Origin: Tubulanus polymorphus
Taxonomy: Eukaryota > Animalia > Nemertea
Assembly: GCF_964204645.1 (NCBI RefSeq)
Contig: NC_134029.1
Span: 1,054,001-1,118,000, forward strand
Length of the DNA stretch: 64,000 nucleotides
Direction: 5' to 3'
The notes under the pieces: generated by a model
The model's input: only the letters and a program-made list of their open reading frames with translations
The model's database searches: none
What the model was told of the DNA's origin: nothing
Position numbers and translations under genes: made by a program
Part shown: in pieces, positions 25,582 to 37,296 of the stretch
Layout: the number at the start of each line of letters is the position of its first letter
Position numbering within the stretch: position 1 is the stretch's first letter

Positions 25582-26357
25582 GGAACAAAACTAATGTTCG
25601 AAAGCTTTTCAGCTCTCCGTCGCCGGTCACATGCCGAGAACACCAGACAAAGAGCCAGCCAGGAATATACTGCCCTCTACACGCCCTCACACAGAACGCG
25701 AAAACTAGGATGACGACGCCTCACATTCCCCATCTAACTGCAGGATGTACTGGGCGACATCAGTAACGGACACACCCGTAAAATTGCACGAAACACAAAT
25801 AGCGCAGTACAACCAGCTTGACCGGGTTGAGATTCAGGATCTCAACTAGCACTCAAAAGCGTGACAAGAGACTTCATCCACTGACCGAGGTTGTCACAAG
25901 GACACAATGAAACTAGCACTCACAAGCCGACGAGAGACTTCATCCACTGACCGAGGTTGTCACAAGGACACAATGAAAACTAGCACTCAAACTAGAAATC
26001 AAAGAGCGTGACAGTAGAATCATCCCTCAGCCGACTCAGAATACCAGAAACAAAGAGCGTGACAGTAGAATCATCCCTTATCCGGGCGGTCACAAGGACA
26101 CAATGAATGCTAGTAGCGTGACAATCCAGTATAACCGCTCCATTTGTATCCCGTGCAATCTCACAGATATGCCCGTCATTGACATCACTCAGCACACTTT
26201 GTAGATAGGTGGGGGCAGTGAGGCCTCGTCATCCTGGTTTTCGTGTTCCGTATGAGGGCGCGTAGAGGGCAGAATTTCCTGACCGACTCTTTGTCTGACA
26301 TCCTCGACACGTGACCGGCGAAGGAGAGCTGATGCTTTCGGACATAGGTTTTGTTCC
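25582..26357 (-). ncRNA. Long inverted repeat (arms 25582-25820 and 26122-26357, ~300-bp loop); candidate hairpin RNA
   Basis: The reverse complement of 26122-26357 aligns end to end with 25582-25820 at roughly 75-80% identity. Most transition differences would form G:U pairs in a minus-strand transcript. The repeat itself is certain; the RNA function is inferred. Confidence 0.65.
26122..26357 (-). mobile_element. Degenerate fragment of a non-LTR retrotransposon (RTE/L2-like) ORF2 C-terminus; second copy inverted at 25582-25820
   Basis: Minus-strand translation YVRKHQLSFAGHVSRMSDKESVRK, then after frameshifts RP..PTYLQSVLSDV..EIARD..KW. This resembles the RxxRLRW/FAGHVxRM...GRP..T...AxDRxxW motif at the end of LINE reverse transcriptase ORFs. 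Confidence 0.6.
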
Positions 26358-26699
26358 AGCAAACGTTGAAATTCGACAGAGAAATCGGCCCTGAAAAATA
26401 AAACGGGTTAGAACCTGCAAAAAAGAACGGGTTAATAAACACGGAACAGTACAGGACAGCACAGAGACGAACAGTAACACATAAAACATAAAGACGTCGT
26501 TCCTCAGGAAGCAGGAACAGGAGCAGGAGCGGGAGCGCAGCGAAAATCGCCAGGAGGAGAATCCACGGTAGCATGTTCACAGTGTGAGTAAGCTGAGGTG
26601 AATGGTCTATGCTTGTGTACACCGTGGTCAGCCGGTGACGTATTCAATAGCCCGTATAAATGATATCGACAACTCTTGAAAAGCCGCAATTGTGTCTCT

Positions 26700-26925
26700 G
26701 TTGAATGGATTTACATTGAGAGCTTATATAGAAGGTTCCACTGGGTTGAATACGCGCCAGTGTAGCCAGCTATACAATATCGTGGAACTTTATTAAGGCC
26801 ATAAAATAAATTACTTGATTCCCAACAGCTCCCCTATCCGAATTTAGCCGCCGCCTGGCAAAAAAACGTGTAGTTCACACCATGCACGTGGAAAGTGCTA
26901 TTTGAGTCATTAGGGAAAACCCCGG
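26700..26925 (-). promoter_or_regulatory. Candidate Pol II promoter (TATA, NF-kB-like, AP-1, E-box)
   Basis: Minus-strand CTATATAA at 26724-26731 with an Inr-like CCATTC ~20-25 nt downstream. GGGAAAACCC at 26913-26922, TGAGTCA at 26903-26909, CACGTG at 26885-26890. Confidence 0.45.
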
Positions 26926-27115
26926 CACTACCATCTCGTGATTAATCATCATTCATACGGTTATCACGGAGATCCCGGATTTCAATTAAAAAACTTCTTG
27001 ATTCAATTAGGGAAGTGTGTAATGAGACACTGTGACTTCCCTGATTCCATTGAGGCCGGGCTGTTTTTAATTACTTGAAGCATCCTCCGAAATTCTGCCA
27101 AAAACTTTATGATTG

Positions 27116-27225
27116 TACGGAAGCCCCTAGGTGACATACGAGAAAATTTTTTCACAATTTCGACTTATTATGTCGAAATTCGACTGTGAAAAAATTTTCT
27201 CGTATGTCACCTAGGGGCTTCCGTA
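27116..27225. mobile_element. MITE with ~40-bp TIRs and 6-bp TSD (TGATTG)
   Basis: TACGGAAGCCCCTAGGTGACATACGAGAAAATTTTTTCACA ... TGTGAAAAAATTTTCTCGTATGTCACCTAGGGGCTTCCGTA, flanked by TGATTG on both sides. Confidence 0.9.
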
Positions 27226-27288
27226 TGATTGCCATTCATAATTAATTTGAAAAAGCACATTTTTTTCTTAAATTTTGATACCGGTACT

Positions 27289-27426
27289 TACGAAAGCCTC
27301 TAGGTGACATGTACGAGATAATTTTTTCACAATTTCGACTTATTATGTCAAATTTCGACATTCTTACTTTCATAATAAGTCGAAATTGTGAAAAAAATTA
27401 TCTCATGTCACCTAGGGGCTTCAGTA
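27289..27426. mobile_element. Second, more diverged copy of the same MITE family
   Basis: TACGAAAGCCTCTAGGTGACAT ... ATGTCACCTAGGGGCTTCAGTA; no clear TSD. Confidence 0.8.
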
Positions 27427-28187
27427 CTGGATTTAACGGTACATCATCGTGTAAATTTAGGAAAGTCCATACTAAGAATATCGTTTCTTGTTATCAATGC
27501 AGTGCCTATAATCGCGTATATTGTATTACAAGCTTGATTTTCGTGTAAATTATGTCATAACTGTTTGTATTGTATTGCTACGATATAAAGTCTAATTATT
27601 CTGTGATTGAAATGATTATTATGAATATGATATTCCTAAATAACTTGCACAGACATATACTTTATAGAAATAAATCATGCGTGACCTCTGAACTCTGGTG
27701 GAATTTTCATTTCTGGTGGAATTTCTCCTCTCATCTCTGGTGGAATTTCTCCTGACCTAAATATAACCAACTCATCACAATTCAATTCAATTCATTTATG
27801 GATTTATTCATTTATTTATAAGTATTGTACAAAGTTTATATACAAGTTTTTACAATTGTCACTTCATCTTTAACAGACAATTAACAGACAGACACCAACA
27901 ACTCGGAATGAGTTCTCTCGTTAACTCATGCAATTCATTGAGTACTCTCATAATAACCGCAAAGACTCCAAGAGAGCTCTCCCACATCAGGTTTTCTTTT
28001 AACTCCGAGACTTCTCGTGAACTCAGAAGGACTCTTAAGAGAGATATTTAACTAAGCGAGAGTTCTTTAGTTTAAGTTCGTACAATTGTTGAATATTCTT
28101 GCGATGATGACAGATCACAGCCTGCACTTCGCTAGTAAAATGCATCGACATTGAAATGCAGCACTGATTCACACACAGCTGACTTGA

Positions 28188-28395
28188 ACACAATCTGGTT
28201 TCTAGATCCTCATTCATCGATCATAATCTGGTTTCTAGATACTCATTCATCGACGACCACAATCTGGTTTCTAGATCCTCATTCATCGACCACAATCTGG
28301 TTTCTAGATCCTCATTCATCGACCACAATCTGGTTTCTAGATCTTCATTCATCTATCACAATCTGGTTTCTAGATCATCATCTATCAATCACTAT
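28188..28395. repeat. 33-bp minisatellite (~6 copies) at the start of the INTS3 3' UTR
   Basis: Unit CACAATCTGGTTTCTAGATCCTCATTCATCGAC. The last degenerate unit overlaps the INTS3 stop codon region. Confidence 0.9.
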
Positions 28396-29270
28396 TGTCG
28401 TCTAAAGGATTTGTCGTTTTCCGTTTTTTCGACTTTGGCGGTTTGATTATTTCTTCATTCTGCGATGAAACGAAACGAATTCAATTCTTATTAAAATCAT
28501 TTTAAGAATGAATAGGAGTTTAAAATACGAATTCATTAAACTCACATCACTGCTGTCTGATGAACTATCTGATTCTTCAGTTATTGCTTTCCTCGGTTTG
28601 GAACCACCTTTAGGACTCGCGCACGATGCTTTCCGTCCGCGTAGAACTCGTGTCTGTTTTAAATCTTCAACATCTTCGACTAACGCGAGTAGATCACCGT
28701 ATCTGTGAGATATATACGAGAAATTAAACAACTCTTCAGATCAATGCAGGGTCCGATCTAAAGAATGAAAGCCACTCGTCCGGGGGGCAAGCATATCTGA
28801 AATTTCGCTTGCCCCCTCCAAAAGCTACTTGCCCTACCCACTTGCCCTACCCAGGCAGTCCTGATTGGTGTTACTATCATCCGTTGTATCGAGTGGGAAA
28901 AAAGCTTTTGTGACATGAAATTTCACTAGCCCGGTGGACAAGTGATAATGATAACCTACTTGCCCTGATGAGAATATACTTGTCCCGGGCAATCGGACAA
29001 GTGTTTAGATCGAACCCTGCAATGTGTTATAGGTGGATAATTGGACCCAGTTCCACAATTATGAGTTGAGAATGAACTAATTTCATCACCGAGTAAATTC
29101 TAACTGTGGAAATGGTTCTTGAACATCATTCTAATTGTTGAAAATAAGTTTGGCGAAAATAAGGGTGGCGAATAAGGTAGCTTTTTACTTACTTGGCTTT
29201 CAGTGATTCGCTCAGAGTTGATTGAACCTGTTGTAATCCTTGTTGAACCAATTCATGAGTTAAAACTACA

Positions 29271-29302
<32 letters not shown>

Positions 29303-32300
29303 GAAGATTAATACTTATAAATAGGGTAAATTCGTTTTCAGCGTAAATAGAAACTTACACGAGATATTACGACATGTTTGTCGTATATGATCCAAATGAG
29401 CTAAAATCTGCTCAATGTTTGGGTTCTCCTTTTTACCAGACGGATTTTGCTGCCTGAAAAAGGTTGCGTAATGACTTGAACAAAAAGGTTACGAGCTGTC
29501 CTTGGAATGCGAGGCGAGTGAATACCACCAAAGGGTTGGGTCCAAACTGTAAATTTCCCAAATGACTTAAGACAATTGATTGAACAAAGAGAAGTTTCTG
29601 TAACACAGCTGTAGGTCACAATGTGAACTAATAAATATGAACTCTACAACTGCAGAACCGACTCAAGTTTTGTAGATATTATTCAGATGCCTCGGCCCTA
29701 CACGCATGGTTTATTTCTAACCTTTGTCGTTTTCTGTTTGGCGTATTTGGAACGTTTTTTGTAAGTTGTGACAGTAATAATTCGGCCAACTTCTCTTCAC
29801 ATTCTTCAGCCCAATATTTCAATATCGAAACCGCGAAAAAATCATTCTTTTTACATTCGCGACACAAAATACATCTCAAAATCTCCGTATTCGGACTGAA
29901 ATTAGAAATTATACAAAATTAGATTCGATTCAGAAACGAGAATGAGTACAGAATACAGCATCGTGTGAATACAGAAATGTAAAATTTACCTGTTTCTTTT
30001 CAGTTGCAGTAGAATACATGAAAGTGCCTCGGCATGAGCTGAAAATACACAAATACGTTTAAAGATAGAATACGAAACGGTACTGTACATTAAATAGTAA
30101 AATACTCACCACCGAATTCCAGTTTTGGTAGAATCGGTAGAATATGTTCGACAGGAATGTTATGTGCAGCTATCAACTGCCACAGGAAATATTGTTCAAT
30201 AGTTTCCCATTCAAGACTATCATCTATAAAACATTAAACTATGTATCTTAGTATAATTGAGTTAGGGAGATTAATATGAGCTCAGAGTTTGTAAACTTAC
30301 TTAGAACAGCTAGAAATGAATCCTTCCTGAACATTATCAGATGACCCTGCAATATCTGACAGATTATATCCTGAAGCTGAAATAACAAAACACAAAATAC
30401 GAACTTCAAGCTCGCGTCGAAAACCGGCCGAATTTCAGCGAAGAGATGATTTATTACCTGAGGTCCGGCGATACTACCAACAATGAGATGTAGTAAATCA
30501 GTGTTGCCGATAGCGATATTAGGAAACTGCGTGTAAATATCCGGAATAAGAAACGTGAATAACCGAACGTCATCTTCTTGACACAACTACAAAAAAAAAA
30601 TACTTATAACTATATAGAAACACCTGACATAGTTCAGCAATGAAATGTGCGATTCAAACTTACATGCATATCTTCCATGAGAACAGTTGCTAAATCTTTA
30701 TCTAAACTTTTACAGAAATCGCGATAAGTCGACATTTTTTCATCATTCACTTTACTACAAAATACAACGTTTCAACCATTCATTAATTGTACCCTCCGTG
30801 AATATATCAGATAATCATTCGAAGCATTTTTAGATTAGAGATATTTTTCAACTCACCTGACTTTTAAAAAGTACAGTAAATTATAACCAATTCTTGGTTG
30901 TTTTTTATACATTTCGCTGAGTAGTAAAAGTAAAGGTTGTCGGCTGGGATCCTCTTCATGTGTCTGACTGAGATTTCTACAATATTCAAACCATTACATC
31001 TTACAACATCAGATCTCACTACTTTCAGAAATTATTCAGTCTATTCATCCGATTCTTACCTAAATAGTACAAACATTGGAGTTCCTATAGAATCTTCAAT
31101 TGATCTACAATTAAAATATCAAAACCATTTATATACAAAACTGCCAAAAATCATGCATCAAAAATCCCAACAACACCACAACAAATAATTTTGGTTCTGG
31201 GCAAACCGTTTGTAGTAGAGGTGTTCATCTATTTGAAGTTCACCACACTTTGAAAATTTGACTGACCACAAAAACAACTAGAACATTGTCAAATAACCAA
31301 TATCCTGAAATTCCAGTAGTTTTCCAGGCAAAGCCTTTTAAAATCCTGGAACTGATTTTACTCAAATTCCAGGAAATCCAGGTGTGCGAACCCTGTATCA
31401 TACCACCTCCCATTTATTAACTCAATAAGTACTACCTGGTATACAATAGAATCACCAGAATCCAGTTCCACAGTTGTGAGTTGAGATTTGACTAACTCAC
31501 GAGTTAACCCTAACTCATGACTGTGGAACTGGATCCTGTGATTTTAGTGCGCGAGTGAAACGGAATTGAAACGCTGTTTCTATCGAGCGATACTTACTCG
31601 TCGTCAATCTCAGGAGGAAACAGATTATTATTGAATTGACTAGATAAAATATGGCACAAACACAATCCGACAGGTTCAGCGGCGTCGATATCAAATATAT
31701 CGTCCTGAATAATCGACTGAACTAAAGAATCCATGAATTCACATTGCGTATCATTGTCTTTTTCCAACCACAATTGTTCGACATTGTTTTTAATATCGGG
31801 ACTATCGATCTGTTCGAGCACGTCACTGATATTCACGTCTGCTAACGTAGAAACACGAGTCGGACGATACTGTATCGATTCACTGGTTTTACCACCTGAA
31901 ACAACCATAAACATTATCATACATCATTTCACAATTCATCTGTTTAATATTACTCATCCAAAATTCCTCGATAATTCCCCAACCCTTGACCAAAAGTTCC
32001 CTGAATGAATGTTAAGATATCCTCACTGGGGCCAGTTTCTAATCAAAAAGTTCCTTGTGCCACTCGTCACCAACAAGAACAATTAGACACCAAAAATTCA
32101 AATTCTCTGATTAAATTTTGAGATATCCTCTGTGAGGGCTGTAAGAGTAACAGTTACCTATTAATGAAAGTGGTTCATCATCTTCATCGCTGAATTCAGC
32201 TTCTGTTCCGTTATTTGAATCATTTAAATGATTACCAATCAGAGCAGAACCCTGATCAACTACTAGTTCAATATCTTTACCATTAGTCGGTTCATCTTTA

Positions 32301-35195
32301 GCTGCAACACAATAACATAAAACGCTAATTAAACATAAACAGGGACGCAGCTGAGAGAGGAAAGAGTAGAGAGAAGATAGAACAGTCAGGTGGAAAGGGA
32401 AGAGAAAGGATTTATGGATAGGAAAGAAAGCAGGGAGAGGGAGCAGGAGAGTGAGAGGAAGGTCGGATCAGGGGAGAGGGATATGAACAGTTTTTCCAAA
32501 GAGATAGTGTTGTATTTTTTACCTTCCGGTGAACAGAATTCAGTAAAGTTTTCACGTATCATGTTGCGTAATTCACGATCAATTCGATTATTATCAAACA
32601 ATGGAGACAACGACCTAAATACAAATAAACAGATGAATCAGTTAAAACTGAACCGATGACCGACTCGGAGCCCGGAATAGACCAGTGGAACTGACCTGAT
32701 GACCGACTCAGAGAGTGGAGGAGACCAGTGGAACTGACCCAATGACCGACTCGGAGACCGGTGGGGACCAGTGGAACTGAACCGATGACCGACTCGGAGA
32801 CCGGAGGGGACCAGTGGAAATGACCCGATGACCGACTCGGAGAGTGGAGGGGACCGGTGGAACTGACCCGATGACCGACTCGGAGAGTGGAGGGGACCGG
32901 TGGAACTGACCCGATGACCGACTCGGAGACCGGAGGGGACCAGTGGAACTGACCCGATGACCGACTCGGAGAGTGGAGGGGACCAGTGGAACTGACCCGA
33001 TGACCGACTCGGAGACCGGAGGGGACCAGTGGAACTAACCCGATGACCGACTCGGAGAACGGTGGAACTTACTGTAAAACACGTTTATCTAAAATGGCGT
33101 AAAGAGCTGCATAGATTCCCTGTTTTACCTGACCAGCGAGTGGAGGGAAAAAATTACCCATTATCTACAAAATAAAACAATATTCTCTCTCATATCAATC
33201 AACAAGTAGAGAGGATCGAGACTTAGATCTTCAACTGTTGACTTCTAAATTCCTTTCTAGTCTTTCATCAACAAGTCTTTTACACTAGCCTTCGAGGTTG
33301 GCTCAGGGGGGGGGGGTTATGGTTGAAAAGTTATTGTTTCCAGTTCTTGTCTAGCTGATTAGATTGTCTATCATGTATTTGATGATGATAGCAATAGAAA
33401 CATCGAGAGAATGAAAGAAACTGATACTTACTCTACACATAAAGTCTAATAATGTGGCTGTTATTGGTAAATGTTGACGCATTGAATGATACATCACTAG
33501 AATAGCAGGTTCTGTGAGTGAAATACAGAAATCAAAACAATTAGCACCGAATGAAACCAGAATATACGAATCTAACTCCAGATCAGATAAATCAGCTTAC
33601 CGATATTCATAATGTTGTCTTTATCTTTTTCGAAAAATAACCAATCATAAAACAGTGATAATTTAGCATTTGATGCGGCAACATTCGACTGAAGAAAGAG
33701 AAAATACAATAAACATTGATGAGACTGATTCACACATTGATGAGACCGATTCACACATTGATGAGACTGATTCACACATTGATGAGACCGATTCACACAT
33801 TGATGAGACAGAAAGCTGCGATTGAGGATACTTACAGTACACGTCGTGAGTAACCAACCAATGACAGCCCAACGCGGGATGATATCAGAACACAGCACCT
33901 CATTAGACGGGTGTATCACAGCACAAATATAACGTATCAAATCAAACCGTAACGATTGACTCTCAGGAGTGGCTAGATACTGAAATTAAACACAAACATC
34001 AATTCATATACATATATGACTGCGGTAAGTCGGGTAAGTTTGGGATTCTTACAGATCAGGGAATCCAAAGTTCTCTATTTCCCTGACCCTTTATTGACTA
34101 AAAATTCCCTGATCAAATTACAAGATATCATCAGTGGGGACTGTTTCTTATCAAGAGGTTCCTTGCGCCTAAGTCCCCGATCTATAAGATCCCTGTAAGA
34201 TAAAGATTCACTTACTTGTCGTTGGAACCACTCCTGGTAGCGTTTTTGTTGACCAAATTTCACTTTACTCGTCAGAAAACACAGTTTAGTTTCCATATCA
34301 GGAGTTAAACGAGATACGAAGAATTTTCGCGAAGTTCTCATTTTCATCAATTGTTGAACACCTTCAAAATATAAACAGAAATCAGGTCAGAAAGTGTTAT
34401 CAAAATCCAGTTCAATAGTTCTTAGTTTGACTTAACGCTTTCAGTGCTGGCTAATTAATACCCTATAGTGCTGAAGATAATTTGAAAAATTTTAAGAAAT
34501 TCCACCCTAGTGTGTTGAATAACGGGAATACCACTATAATAGTGCGTCTACACCGCGGCGCAGTGTATCGTTAGTTACTAATATTTCACTATGTTTGACT
34601 GGTGCTGCCATCTTTCAAGAGAGATAATTAGTAATTACTAATTACATCAATACATTGCAGTGCGGTGTACTAGCAAAATCCATCACTGATTTGTACACCG
34701 CACTGCGGTGTAGACGCACTGAAAGGGTTAAAGAGTTAGAATTAATTCATCACAAATGCTTCAAAATCTTAGAGAATTAAATTCAACGAAGAACTGTGAA
34801 AACTGAGACCATTTTGATAAAAGATTTATTATTTACCAGTAAATGTAGGTGACAATGATTCTGCGTTGTGTAAAATATCTCTCCATAATTTCTCGAATTC
34901 CGGAATTCTAGCCACGTACTGCAATAACCGCACCAAATCGCGTCCTATCTGCATACACTCAGTGAACTAGAATAAAACACACAGTATTACCGTAATAAAA
35001 CATTCCAGTTAGCGATTGAATTCAACGTCGAAATATTTTACCTTTTCTCGAAGTAACGAGACGCAGAAATCGACCTCTCTTTGTCGTAAACTGCTCAGAT
35101 TTGGACTTCCGTGATCTAGTATTACTCGGAGATATGTGTATAGAGCTACTGTCATCAGTTGAGGTGTTACATCTAACCAACTCCTAAATATATAC

Positions 35196-35237
<42 letters not shown>

Positions 35238-37168
35238 TAATCAAACAAACGATAATGAATCATGCAAATCATTGAAAATCAAGTAAAACCAGTTCAACGC
35301 GATCAATGTTAGTTTCATTAACGCTTTCAGTGCTGACTAATTAATACCCTTTAGTCCTGAAGATAATTTGAAAATTCTGAAAAATTCCACCCTAGTGTGT
35401 TGAATAACGGGAATACCACTATAGTGCGTGTACACCGCGGCGCGGTATATCGATAGTTACTAATATTTCACTATGTTTGACAGGTGCTGCCATCTTTCAA
35501 GAGAGATAATTAGTAATTACTAATTAAATCAATACACCGCAGTGCGGTGTACTAGCAAAATCCATCACTGATTCGTACACTGCACTGCGGTGTAGACGCA
35601 CTGAAAGGGTTAAACTGGTTTTGACTGCGGTAACAAGGCGACCAAGTCTACACGACCCAATTCTACAGGTTCTATAATTCTATTTGGTTCAGATGTGACT
35701 CTTTCGACTTTATTTACTAAGGCAGAACTCAAAATTTATGAAAACAAAGACTAGGCCTAGAGTACTAGAAATTATCCAGACCATATTTTGGAGACGAGAA
35801 ACTGAAAATTTCAATAATTTTCCAAGCCTCGAAAAAATTTCAATAATTTTTGTACAAAGTGAACAGTATTGATTTACCTGTAATCCACTAGAATATCGAG
35901 AAGATTTTCAGTGAGCCAAATATTCTTAGGCGTAACATCACCACCTATAAATAATCACATAATGAATCATATATTAAGCGCCGAGCCGGTTTTGATAAAG
36001 AGGTTGTGTATTATTGATAGTGATAAGAGCGTACCAGCAATCTGACGTAATAACGAACAGCCAACAGTATCAGCACCAGTCGCTGAATTCTTTATCATTT
36101 CACGCGTAAACCATAAAATCTGTAATACACAAACAACTTCATTATTCAATCCTCAAGCTTACATAAAGCCAGTCAGTTCTAGAGGCAGTACTAGAATTAG
36201 TGTTTACCTGCGCTCTCACAGAGTCCTGAAGTTTCAACCATTTCTCATGAATCAATCGGTTAGTAATCGATATAACGGCATTTAAAGCATCGCGATTTAA
36301 AACTATCATATCGCGACAACTCTGTGAAAAAGAGAGACATAGAGATAATGAGTGTTTATAATGTTGTTAATGTTATTTGAACACAGTTCCCCGGTTCGTC
36401 CATACCTTCGAGGCTCCTTTCAGATCAGTAAGGATACTGTATAATAATCCAAACTGTATTTCTTCATACTGAGTTTGTCCTTTACAAATCTACGAAACAA
36501 AATGAACTCATATTGAATTTAGAGGTACATCCACCCTGATTCGAAAACCCAGGGTCTATTCAAATAGGGGTTCATAAAATGGATCCGGATCGACAGTTAT
36601 GAGATGAGATTTTACTGAAGAGATTACTTTAACGCACAACTGCGCAATTGGAATGATCCCAATTTGTCAAACAGGGGCGGAGCTGGATTTATTTACCTGC
36701 GCGTTTAAAACGTCGCTCGTCTCTCTGTCCGAGAGTCCATTGATCATAGACACCAAATTCTTATGAGCTCGACTCAATTTCTGTAATTAATAAATATCTA
36801 AATAAGTAATCGTTCATTCCTGGTAAATTAATATTGCTGACAAATATGGTTTCGATCAAACAACAATGCCATCTCTGAATGAAAGAACAAAATCAAGTAA
36901 ATAAAGAAATAAATTAAAATGAGCACAAATTATACAAATCATATGTTATTAATTACACCTTAGAAATTGATCTAACGAATAGTTTTTGCAGTTAGAGGAC
37001 AGTACTTATAGGTGTACTGTAGTAAATAAAATGAATTGTAGTTTGAATTGATGTGAGGATTGAGAGGAGAGAGGGAAGTCTACTGGTGATTTGTACCTCA
37101 TCAATATCATCTTTCTGATCTATAATCGATGATAAAAGAAGCTGAGATGATTCTTTATTGTTATCCAT
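28385..37168 (-). CDS. INTS3: Integrator complex subunit 3 (SOSS-A), multi-exon
   Basis: Spliced translation gives the INTS3 hallmarks [113 protein letters not shown] and [11 protein letters not shown] at 37168 ([14 protein letters not shown]); C-terminus [16 protein letters not shown] with stop at 28385-28387. Confidence 0.96.
28747..29019. mobile_element. CAGGG-terminated MITE with 5-bp TSD (CAATG) in an INTS3 intron
   Basis: CAATG|CAGGGTCCGATCTAAA ... TTTAGATCGAACCCTG|CAATG; internal CTTGCCC repeats. Confidence 0.85.
31459..31537. mobile_element. Representative of an abundant short palindromic MITE family (ATCCAGTTCCACAG ... CTGTGGAACTGGAT)
   Basis: TIR ATCCAGTTCCACAGT / ACTGTGGAACTGGAT. 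Related diverged copies at ~3980-4170, 4930-4985, 6445-6553, 17560-17680, 29043-29118, 43509-43605, 44437-44542 and 52815-52928. Confidence 0.75.
32646..33070. repeat. 43-bp minisatellite, ~10 copies, filling an INTS3 intron
   Basis: Unit GACCGACTCGGAGA(CC/GT)GGAGGGGACCAGTGGAACTGACCCGAT starts at 32658, 32701, 32744 ... 33045. Confidence 0.95.
33713..33810. repeat. 21-bp tandem repeat (~4.5 copies) in an INTS3 intron
   Basis: Unit ACATTGATGAGACYGATTCAC. Confidence 0.9.
34436..34727. mobile_element. Non-autonomous piggyBac-type element (copy 1), TTAA TSD
   Basis: TTAA|CGCTTTCAGTGC ... GCACTGAAAGGG|TTAA; closely similar to the copy at 35322-35609. Confidence 0.85.
35322..35609. mobile_element. 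Non-autonomous piggyBac-type element (copy 2), TTAA TSD
   Basis: TTAA|CGCTTTCAGTGC ... GCACTGAAAGGG|TTAA, same orientation as copy 1, different flanks. Confidence 0.85.
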
Positions 37169-37296
37169 GTCGTTAAAACAGATCACAACATTTCAAATCT
37201 TTCCCCACAGCGAAATATCGTTCTAAACACCAGTGAACTGATGTTTACAGCACGGCTACTCAACTCACACTGAATCCATAGTTCATCAGCGCCACC

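Noticed and set aside
26185-26622. 145-aa ORF with hydrophobic MLPWILLLAIFAALPLLLLFLL as a secreted or membrane protein
   Set aside because: It is low-complexity, runs through acceptor-like tracts and into the LINE-derived hairpin arm, and matches no recognisable family. A short peptide cannot be excluded but is unsupported.
19900-27100. Whole interval as one large DNA transposon or endogenous virus
   Set aside because: No terminal repeats, TSD, or transposase, integrase or capsid ORF could be found.
32646-33070. CRISPR-like 43-bp repeat
   Set aside because: Contiguous tandem units without spacers and no cas genes.
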